A DNA stretch of 64,000 bases from a virus (lineage: Duplodnaviria > Caudoviricetes), in IMG/VR virus record IMGVR_UViG_2888028904_000001, positions 22,954 through 86,953 of that record; one strand, 5' to 3'. Below are positions 39,952 to 49,180 of this stretch, piece by piece. A program made the translations under genes and the position numbers. Numbering within the stretch: position 1 is the stretch's first letter; each line of letters opens with the position of its first letter. Below the pieces are notes generated by a model. The model was not told the DNA's origin. It saw only the letters and a program-made list of their open reading frames with translations, and made no database searches.

Positions 39952-42900
39952 ATGGGTAAGGGTGGTGGTGGTCAAAAAACACCGTATGAGGCACCAAACG
40001 ATTTAACATCACGTCAAAAAGCCTCATTAATTGATTTAATCAGCGAGGGGCCGATTGAAGGCCCTATTCATATTCAAGGCTCGATGGATGATTTAGGGTG
40101 TATTTACTTGGATGATACGCCTGTGGTAGACGGCTCTGGTAATAGCACCATTAATGGGATGTATGCACAATGGCGGGCGGGTACATTAGAGCAACCAGCA
40201 ATGAGTGGGTTTACGGCGTCTGCGAATGAAGTGCCGGTGGGGATTGAGGTTAAATATAATTCCCCCGTTACTCGTACCATCACCTCGCCTAATATTGACC
40301 GTTTACGCCTAACCTTTGGTACACAAGCTTTGGTTGAAACCAAAGATAATGGTGATCGCGTACCGACTTCTGTTCAATTGCAAATCCAAATCCAGCGCAA
40401 AGGGGCTTGGATAACAGAGAAAAATGTCACAATTAATGGCAAGCGCTCTAACTCACCTTATTTAATGGCCGTTGTGTTGGATGATTTACCGCCCGTTCCG
40501 TTTAGTATACGCATGATCCGTATCACTCAGGACAGCACTTCTGACAAAATTCAAAATAATACCGTTTGGTCGAGTTATTCTGAGTTAGTGGATATCTCAC
40601 AAACCTATCCGAGTTCTGCCGTTGCAGGATTGATGTTTGATAGTGAGCAGTTTGGCAATAAGTTTCCACGCCGTAATTACCTTATCAAAGGTCGCATTAT
40701 TCAGGTACCCAGTAATTATGATCCAGATAAACGGATTTATTCGGGGATTTGGGATGGCACCTTTAAACCCGCATTTACCAATAGTCCTGCATGGATATTA
40801 TGGGATTTATTAACCCATCCGCGTTATGGCATGGGGAAACGCCTCAATATCAGTGAAGTTGATAAATTCGCCCTGTATGCAATCGGTCGTTATTGTGATG
40901 GGCGATATGTGTGCCATGATGCGCATTATGCCGGTCTGGAATGGGCGAACATTAACCTTTATTCAAGATAGACCGTCTGATGTGGTATGGCCATATACCA
41001 ACGCTAATGTGATTGAGGGTAATTTCCAATACAGCTTTAGTGCATTAAAATCGCGTCATACTGCTGTCGAGGTTCGTTTTATTGATCCCGATAATGGTTG
41101 GAAAACCAGTGTTGAACTGGTTGAAGATGATGCCAGTATTGCCCGCTTTGGGCGTAATGTGATGCGTGTGGATGCCTTTGGTTGCACTAGCAGAGGGCAG
41201 GCTCATCGCCATGGTCTTTGGTTATTAATCACGGAAAAATTAGAGACACAGACGGTTGAGTTTACTGTCGGCAGTGAAGGCTTGCGTCATATGCCGGGTG
41301 ATATTATCGAAATTGCTGATAACTATTACGCGGACAATCAAATTGGTGGACGTCTGACACACATTGATTATGCCTCTCAAACATTAACCTTAGATCGCAA
41401 TATCGACACACCCAAAAGCGGTAAATCACGCGTCACACTCATCAATGCACTAGGTGATCCGCAATCTTATGAAGTGGTGAGCTATCTCGCATCTAATCAA
41501 ATAAAGCTGGATACCTTACCGTTAGGGTTACGAGAGGGCGGGATTTGGACGTTGACTCTCCCGTCTTTACGTCGCCGATTATTTCGCGCCATCAGTTTGG
41601 CTGATAATGGTGATGGTAGTTTTACGGTTATTGCTGTGCAACACATGCCCGAAAAAGAGGCGATTGTTGATAAAGGCGCTAAATTTGAGCCAAAGCCAGA
41701 GACGCCACTGGGTGGATTTATCCCACCGGTTGAAAATTTTTCTGTGGATATCGAATCGGATGCAAGTGCGTGGCAAGTAGAAGCCAGCTGGAACACGCCT
41801 TATTCCAGTCGAGGGGTAGACTTTTTATTAAAACTCACTACGGGTGATCGCATTGTCGGCACTGCCTCAACCACGGATACAATGTATCGTTTTGGTGGAC
41901 TGCCACAGGGTAATTACGTTTTATCCGTTGTGCCTCAAAATGATCGAAAACAAAAAGGCGAGGTGGCCACAACTTCATTCGCGATTAATCCACCCTTACC
42001 ACCGGGTTATATTGAAGTGAAGTCAGGTTATTTTAGCTTGGGTATTATTCCGCGTTCTGGCGGTCAAAATAGCTTACGAGCACAGTATGAGTTTTGGTTT
42101 TCAGAAAAACAAATCACGGATATTCGTGATGTGGAAAATCGTGCCGAGTATTTAGGTGTTAGTTCTATGTGGGTTATTCAAGGCCGAAACCTAAAAGCAG
42201 GGCATACCTATTATATTTATGTTCGCAGTATAAATGCTGTAGGGCGTTCAGAATTTGTGGAAGGAATAGGGCAACCAGAAAGCCACACCAGAGAGATATT
42301 AGATAACTTAGATAAAGAATTACAAGAAACCCAAGCATGGAAAACACTGAGTGAGACTGTCGATTGGAATGAAAATACGGTTAAAAGACTACGTTATAAT
42401 GAATACCGCTTATCTCGAAAGTTTGAAAAATACGGTGAACAAATAGAAATAGATATTAAAGATATCCGAACTCAAATAGAAAATACAAAAGCGGATATTA
42501 TTATCCAAAAAGAAGCCATTTCCTCAATAACTCAAGCCCAATCAACTTATCAACAACAGGTTCAAGCCAAGTTTAATCAGCAATCAGGTATTGTTAATCA
42601 AAAGATGAATGCGCAATTTACACAATCAGGTGGATATGCGAGGCATTCAATGAACATTACCATTATCCAAGATAATATTAAATATAATGCTGGTGGTCTT
42701 GTAGTGAGTGCTGAAATTAAAAATAAGAAGATCACTTCCTATATTGGGTTTAATGCCAATAATTTTGCCTTTTATAATCCTAAAAATAATCGAATGGAAC
42801 TGTTTATGTCAGCAAAAAATGGACAGTTTTTTATTCGAGATGCATTAATTGATAAAGCCATGATCAGAAAATTAGTATTATCAGAAGCCATTACCTCCGA

Positions 42901-43066
42901 TAACTATTATCCCGACGAGTCAGGTTTTATTATTGACGTAAAAAATAATAAATTAGAATTTTATGGCGGTAATGGTGGTACATCCCTCACAGAACAAAAT
43001 TTATATGTCAAAGATGAGTTTGGAAATAACGTTGTTATTATTGGTGATATCAGCAATGAAGAGTAA
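39952..43066 (+). pseudogene. J: Host specificity protein J, disrupted by internal deletion/frameshift near 40895
   Basis: ORF 39952-40971 follows lambda J to YAIGRYCD; ORF 40826-43066 resumes at GDMCAMMRIMPVWNG; intervening ~30 codons of J missing. Confidence 0.85.
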
Positions 43067-43388
43067 ATATGGCGTACTGGTTAGGTCTACATTATATGAT
43101 ATGGATTTATTAAATACCTCAGACAGAGTGGGAAGAATAGTCGGATATCATGATATAACACCCATCCCACTACATACTCAAAAAGAGTATATTTTTGATC
43201 ATCAAGATTTAAATAAATATGGCAAGGTTTTCGCTTGGTTTGGTTCGGCATTTTTGATGGGATTGGCAGGTGATATTAAATTAGAGATAAATAATGGGAT
43301 TATTAAACTTGAATTAAAAAATATGTATACCAATGGAGTTGATGGTGAATATGAAGATATTATAAAACTCTACTATGGTGTTTATTAA
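43056..43388 (+). CDS. Tail-tip accessory protein
   Basis: MKSKYG start, C-terminal YYGVY; after J. Confidence 0.6.
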   Translation: MKSKYGVLVRSTLYDMDLLNTSDRVGRIVGYHDITPIPLHTQKEYIFDHQDLNKYGKVFAWFGSAFLMGLAGDIKLEINNGIIKLELKNMYTNGVDGEYEDIIKLYYGVY

Positions 43389-44077
43389 TGAAAAGTAAAT
43401 ATGGAATAATCATCCGCGGTGAAAATAGGCAAGTTCAGATTGATAGCCATAACCAAGTGATGTGCTGTCTTGGTAAAAGAACCATAAGAATGTCTGGCGG
43501 GATAACATCAAATAATGAAGGATATAGCCAAGAGTTTAAAACACCGCCTCATCCCAATACAAAATTATTAGCAATATCACCTAAACATGCATTTATTAGG
43601 ATCATCTCAAGAATTATAAATAATGAGATGAAAGCGGTTTATATATCACAGCCTTGCTATGATTCAGAGGGTGTTGTTGATATTTATGGGTTTGGTGATC
43701 AGCCCAATAATATTTTTAATGAAAAATATGGATTGGTTGTAAAAAACAGCAAAACAAAAAAGACCGTTTATAATTCAAATTGGGGAATATTAAAGATAGT
43801 TGATTATTTTATTGTTTCACAAAAAGAGAATATGGATTATCCGTTACCGAATATAAAGGATTTAGCCTTTGTTTTTGGTGGTGGTATGGCTGGAATTTGT
43901 GAAGATGGTTTTGAAGGTGCTTTGATGGAAACTTTTATTCGAAGAGAAGAAAATGTGCTCCAAATTCGATATAAAGAAAGTATTAAATGGGCAACAAATG
44001 TTGCAGGAGAAGAAATATCGAGATTTCCCGCAACCTGTTTGGTGGTCGATGTGGGGAATATAAATAGGGTTTTTTAG
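43388..44077 (+). CDS. Tail-tip accessory protein
   Basis: MKSKYGII...QVQID, internal KYGLVV repeat, CLVVDV end. Confidence 0.65.
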   Translation: MKSKYGIIIRGENRQVQIDSHNQVMCCLGKRTIRMSGGITSNNEGYSQEFKTPPHPNTKLLAISPKHAFIRIISRIINNEMKAVYISQPCYDSEGVVDIYGFGDQPNNIFNEKYGLVVKNSKTKKTVYNSNWGILKIVDYFIVSQKENMDYPLPNIKDLAFVFGGGMAGICEDGFEGALMETFIRREENVLQIRYKESIKWATNVAGEEISRFPATCLVVDVGNINRVF

Positions 44078-44401
44078 TTTGTTATGAATTATTAGTCATA
44101 AGTTAATGTATAGTGATTTAAATTTTTACTACTAAGATCAGAGTTGTCTTTATAATTAGTATTCATATCAAGGAAATTAAAATATATAATAAATTAATAG
44201 TGATTGAGTTAATATAAATCATATGAATATAGCATATAGAAGTTAACTTATTTTTAGCTGATGTGAAGCTAAAGGTTAAATAAATGAGCTCTGAATCATA
44301 AGCAATAGTTATTTAATTTCTAGTTATTTATCATAATTGATGGATTATTTCTTTGTTTTTGATATACCTTGATTTTCATATGATTAAAAACTAAAATGAT
44401 G

Positions 44402-44590
44402 AAAGTTCTTTAGCGTTAAGACATTTTCTGACTAGTCAGGATTAGTCTAGTCGGGCGTTACGCCAGACTCTAATTTATTGGGAAACAATTGTTGTTGCGG
44501 TGAATAAATTTTAAATCCGCAACCCAACTGTAACCACAGTTAGTTTGCGGATTTAAAATTTATTCACCGCTTTCTTTAGTAAAGAACTTT
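44402..44590 (+). ncRNA. Retron msr-msd non-coding RNA (Ec78-like)
   Basis: a1/a2 inverted repeats AAAGTTCTTTA (44402-44412) and TAAAGAACTTT (44580-44590); candidate branch G 44413; msd hairpin with perfect 26-bp stem 44497-44522/44545-44570. Confidence 0.9.
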
Positions 44591-44699
44591 GTTAACATGG
44601 GTATAGAGTAAGCATTCTTGCTCTATACCCTAATGCTAGACTTAAATCTCAAAGGAGGATGGGGTATTTTTTTAATATTATGATTAGTTAAGGTTAATC

Positions 44700-45662
44700 A
44701 TGCTAAAAATTTTTCTTAAACTACAAAATGAATTAGCAACGAGTAAAGAGGACGGTACATTTCCAACTCGTGCTACAATAGAGCGTTTTGCTAGAACAGC
44801 TATGAATTGCTATAAAGTCTACTCCATTCCTAAGCGGACTTCTGGAGTAAGGGTGATTGCCCATCCATCAAAAGAGTTAAAAAATTATCAGAGAGCACTT
44901 GTCAGTATTCTTGAATCGCAATTTGAACCTCATCCCGCTTCGTATGCTTATCAAAAGGGAAAAAATATAAAACTAAATGCACAAAAGCATGCGAAGAAAA
45001 AATTTCTATTAAAAATGGATTTTAATGATTTCTTTAATAGTATTACCCCTCAAATATTTTTAGCAGAATTACGATATAGAAAAATTCTTTTATCTAAGGC
45101 AGAAGAAAATTTATTAATAAATTTATTTTTTTGGAATAAGACCAAGTCTGAAGATAAGAAGTTGGTCTTAAGTGTTGGTGCTCCTAGCTCTCCTATGCTT
45201 TCTAATTTCATAATGTATCGTTTTGATGAGATTGTCTCAGAGTATGCTAGAGAAAATTCAATTGTATATACAAGGTATGCAGACGATTTAACATTCTCTA
45301 CAAACATTAAAGATATACTATTTAGTACTCCTGAATATATAAAAGGTATCTTAAGAAATCTGTATCAACATTATATAACAATTAATGATTCTAAAACTGT
45401 TTTTACATCAATGGCTCACAATAGACATGTAACAGGGGTTACTATAACAAATAATTTTGAACTATCTATAGGTAGAGAAAGAAAAAGATTGATATCAGTC
45501 ATGACTCATAAATTTAAAATAGGAGTTTTGAATGAAGAAGATTTATGTTATTTACAGGGGCTATTGTCTTTTGCTATTAATATAGAACCAAATTTTATAA
45601 AACGGTTGTCAAGAAAATATGGGAAAGAAATAGTTAATGTGATTAGAATGGGGGGATTATGA
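44700..45662 (+). CDS. Retron reverse transcriptase
   Basis: NAQKH (region X), YTRYADD, VTG (region Y). Confidence 0.95.
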   Translation: MLKIFLKLQNELATSKEDGTFPTRATIERFARTAMNCYKVYSIPKRTSGVRVIAHPSKELKNYQRALVSILESQFEPHPASYAYQKGKNIKLNAQKHAKKKFLLKMDFNDFFNSITPQIFLAELRYRKILLSKAEENLLINLFFWNKTKSEDKKLVLSVGAPSSPMLSNFIMYRFDEIVSEYARENSIVYTRYADDLTFSTNIKDILFSTPEYIKGILRNLYQHYITINDSKTVFTSMAHNRHVTGVTITNNFELSIGRERKRLISVMTHKFKIGVLNEEDLCYLQGLLSFAINIEPNFIKRLSRKYGKEIVNVIRMGGL

Positions 45663-47308
45663 TGAGTGCCAGCTTTAAGCATGATAAATCTATTAAAGCG
45701 CTAGAAAAAAAAGCAAAAAAAGGCGGTTTTTATTCTGCATTGGAGTTATCTAATAATTTTAAAATAGGGAAATTTGTTGAAATTGATATTAATAAGTCAG
45801 ATTATTATTTAAATTTAGCATATAATAATTTCAAACGGCAAGATTTAAAATTAAAGTCAATAAAAATAAATAATTATAGATTATTTGATAATATTTCATT
45901 AGATGACTTTGATAGTTCACTAAATATATTTATAGGTAATAATGGTGCTGGAAAAACATCTTTACTAGATGCGATGGCCTTATCATTAAGCTGGCTTAGT
46001 ATTAATATTAGTAAAAATGGTGGATCAGGTGATTATATTGATATTGTAGATATAAATAATTATACTGATGCAGTATATTCAACAATAACATCTGTGATTC
46101 ATATAAATAAAAATATATCAGCTAGTTTAGAATTGTCGCAATTTAGAAATGGTATAGATAAAACAATAAAAAATAAATTAATTGATTTTAGATTGATCGG
46201 TTCTTTCTATAAAGAAGCTAACCGTATTAATCCGAATTTTAACTTACCATTATTAGCTTATTATAATGTAATGAGATCTTATGATGTAAACCCAAAGGAT
46301 TTTAAAGGATTGGATGATTTATTAGAAAATACTTTAATTGATAAATTTGATGGATATCAAAAATCTTTAACAGGAAAAACTGATTTTAAAGCTTTTATAA
46401 AATGGTATAAGAAATTGGATGATATTCTATTAAGAGAAAAAAAAACCGAACGTGGATTTGTAGATACAGTTTCTTCGTTTGAATTATCAGAGGATTTTTT
46501 AGATACGTTCAAATATTTCGCATCCGTTAATGATGCATTTAAAGATAAATACAAAGAACTTGAAATTAAATTGAATGAAATTAAAGATAGAAAAGAGAAT
46601 GAAAATATTTCTTATTCAAAATTAAAGCAATATAAAAATATTATTGATGACGTTATATATAAATTTATGGATGGATTTAGTAATATAGAAGTTCGAATTG
46701 AACCTATGATTGATTTGGTGATTAATAAAAAAAATAAAGAAATCAGCGTGATGAGACTATCTCAAGGAGAAAAAACACTTCTTGCTTTAATTTTAGATAT
46801 AACTCGTCGGCTGATAGTTTTAAATCCGTCTTTAGATGACCCATTAGAAGGGCAAGGAATTATTTTAATCGATGAATTTGATTTACACTTACATCCACAA
46901 TGGCAAAAAAATATTGCCACTAATTTAAAAAGTACATTCCCTAATTGTCAGTTTTTTTTAACTACTCACTCTCCTATTGTGATTAGTGAAGTAGATAGAA
47001 AACATATATATATTCTCGATACAATCGAAGACTCTATCTTTATTAGAAGGCCAAGCCAGACTTATGGATTGACGGCAAATGATATATTAAATGAATTAAT
47101 GGGGCCTGATGATGGAAAACAAATAATAAGAGCTAATGATGTGGAAGAAAAACTAGAGGAAATATTTTCGCTATTATCTAATGAAGATAATAAATCGATT
47201 AATTTGGCATCAAAAAAAATAGAAGAACTTGAATTATTACTTAATGGAGATATACCAGAGTTAGTAAGAGCGAAAGTACAACGAGATTTGTTAAAGGAGT
47301 TATTATAG
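45659..47308 (+). CDS. ptuA: Retron type I-A effector ATPase (PtuA-like, ABC fold)
   Basis: GNNGAGKT, LSQGEK, ILIDEFDLHLHP, TTHSP; overlaps RT stop. Confidence 0.88.
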   Translation: MMSASFKHDKSIKALEKKAKKGGFYSALELSNNFKIGKFVEIDINKSDYYLNLAYNNFKRQDLKLKSIKINNYRLFDNISLDDFDSSLNIFIGNNGAGKTSLLDAMALSLSWLSINISKNGGSGDYIDIVDINNYTDAVYSTITSVIHINKNISASLELSQFRNGIDKTIKNKLIDFRLIGSFYKEANRINPNFNLPLLAYYNVMRSYDVNPKDFKGLDDLLENTLIDKFDGYQKSLTGKTDFKAFIKWYKKLDDILLREKKTERGFVDTVSSFELSEDFLDTFKYFASVNDAFKDKYKELEIKLNEIKDRKENENISYSKLKQYKNIIDDVIYKFMDGFSNIEVRIEPMIDLVINKKNKEISVMRLSQGEKTLLALILDITRRLIVLNPSLDDPLEGQGIILIDEFDLHLHPQWQKNIATNLKSTFPNCQFFLTTHSPIVISEVDRKHIYILDTIEDSIFIRRPSQTYGLTANDILNELMGPDDGKQIIRANDVEEKLEEIFSLLSNEDNKSINLASKKIEELELLLNGDIPELVRAKVQRDLLKELL

Positions 47309-47310
47309 AT

Positions 47311-47958
47311 ATGAAGTATATTAACAAAAAAAAGGAACCAAAAAGCTTAACAGAATATAGAATGGAGGAAGGTGCGGTATATGATGGTTCTGGTTTTAAA
47401 AATGTAAAAATAGACATAAAAATGCAACTTTTAATAGAACAAGGGTATTTATGTGCATATTGTATGCAACGAATTGATTTTAATAATATGAAAGTTGAGC
47501 ATTTTTTATGTCAATCAAAATACTCTGATGAACAGTTGAATTATATGAATTTATTGGGATGTTGTCTTGGTGGTGAAAGTAATATAAAAAGAAATCAGAC
47601 ATGTGATACTAGAAAAGGTGCATTAGATGTATTATTCTCACCAGCAATTAGTTCACATAATATAGAAATAAAATTAAAATACAATACCCTTTCAGGAAAA
47701 ATAGAATCGGAAGATAAAGTTTTTAATGAGCAATTACAGTGTGTTTTAAATTTAAATGATCATCGTTTAATTTCTAATAGAAAAAACAGTTTAATAGCAG
47801 TTGAGAATATACTTGGTAATAAATCTGGATGTAGAACTAAAGGCCAAATACAAAACATTATAAATAGTTATGAGAAAGTTGATGGTGATAATAAATTTAA
47901 AGAATATTATGGAATTGTTTTATTTTACTTAAAAAAGAAATTATCTAAAATAAAATAA
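47311..47958 (+). CDS. ptuB: Retron type I-A effector HNH nuclease (PtuB-like)
   Basis: EQGYLCAYCM, VEHF, TCD..K; follows ATPase. Confidence 0.88.
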   Translation: MKYINKKKEPKSLTEYRMEEGAVYDGSGFKNVKIDIKMQLLIEQGYLCAYCMQRIDFNNMKVEHFLCQSKYSDEQLNYMNLLGCCLGGESNIKRNQTCDTRKGALDVLFSPAISSHNIEIKLKYNTLSGKIESEDKVFNEQLQCVLNLNDHRLISNRKNSLIAVENILGNKSGCRTKGQIQNIINSYEKVDGDNKFKEYYGIVLFYLKKKLSKIK

Positions 47959-48067
47959 GAGCACATTTGGGTTAGTATTTTTTGCGAAAAATTTCCATTT
48001 TTATGGTTATTCTAACATGCTGGAATAATCTAGTGCTTGGAATGATAAATAAATTATTTAAAGGTAA

Positions 48068-49108
48068 TATTCAATTCCCTTAATTGAAGTACACCAAATT
48101 AGAGTTTTCTAACTGCTTATGGTATGTCTCCTATGGGAGATTATTTAAACTTTCATAGGTTCGATTCAGATTATAATTTTGTTGCCAAAACTACACCATT
48201 TCGCGCATTTCGCGTACTTGGCTTAATGATTCAAATAAATAAGCACTTGAAAATTTTCGGCGGAACGAACTATTAGATCGTTTTATGAAACCGTCTTGTT
48301 AAGGTTTACCTGGTTGAATATGACACAACTCATCTTGATTATTTTTTAGTAATTCAATAAATTAACGGATATCAGTTCAGGCCTATTATCCATGAGAGTT
48401 TTTTTGGGCAATCCTCTGTTGATTTTCATTCAAACGTTCAAGTACTCTGATGATTCGTTCAGCAGGCAATGATGTATCAACTTCAATTGCCAGTCATTAA
48501 CGTGTACTTTCATCAATAGTATTCAATTTTCTAAATCGTTCACCGCAATATAGCTGTCATGCATAAAATCCAAGACCCATTGAAGATTTGGCATTTTTGT
48601 CATCACTAATGTTTTTTTCACGCACAGGCGATACTTTTTTAACGCGACGTTTTAAATTAAGTCCTAATTGACAATAAATGCGATAAATTCGTTTATGATT
48701 AAATGGATAGCATCGATCACAGAGAGATCTCTTTTACGTTAATCAACTGGTTAATGGTAAAATGTTGCGCAAGATAACGACGTCAGCTGACAAGCTTTAA
48801 TGACTGATAAACCTGCGCTCTTTAATAATTGAGCGCAGGATTTTTTCCAGCTATTACTAACCCTTTTTGCAAAAATTCCTTCATTGCATGATTTTCAAGG
48901 TTGATTTCAGTAAACACCTTTTTGAGTTTGGGGTTTTACTCTTTAAACTCTTTTAATCGTTTAACATCATTGATTTTTATGCCTGAATCAGTAAGTTTTA
49001 AAATATTAATGAGTTGAGTTTCAGTAAAACAAATTTTTCATCATGATCTCTACAATTGTTAGGGTCGAAAATCTAATTATAGCTGTCTTATTTTAGAATA
49101 AGTGGACA
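48068..49108 (-). mobile_element. Degenerate IS3-family element
   Basis: Broken frames with RIYRIYCQLGLNL, QWVLDFMHD, IQPGKP; imperfect terminal repeats. Confidence 0.75.
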
Positions 49109-49180
49109 CTCGACTACTTTAAGGACAGTAGTATTGTATTTGTAAAAAATGGAACTATTTTTTATTAAACTAAAAATTTT

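Noticed and set aside
32567-44077. Headless tail cluster as an F-type tailocin
   Set aside because: Tail tube, terminator and chaperone genes are deleted and J is frameshifted.
44497-44570. Long palindrome as possible MITE, REP or CRISPR
   Set aside because: Single copy inside a1/a2 repeats upstream of a retron RT; explained as msd.
44700-45662. RT near tail genes as a possible diversity-generating retroelement
   Set aside because: It has retron NAxxH and VTG motifs and PtuAB-like partners; no TR/VR pair or avd gene was seen.
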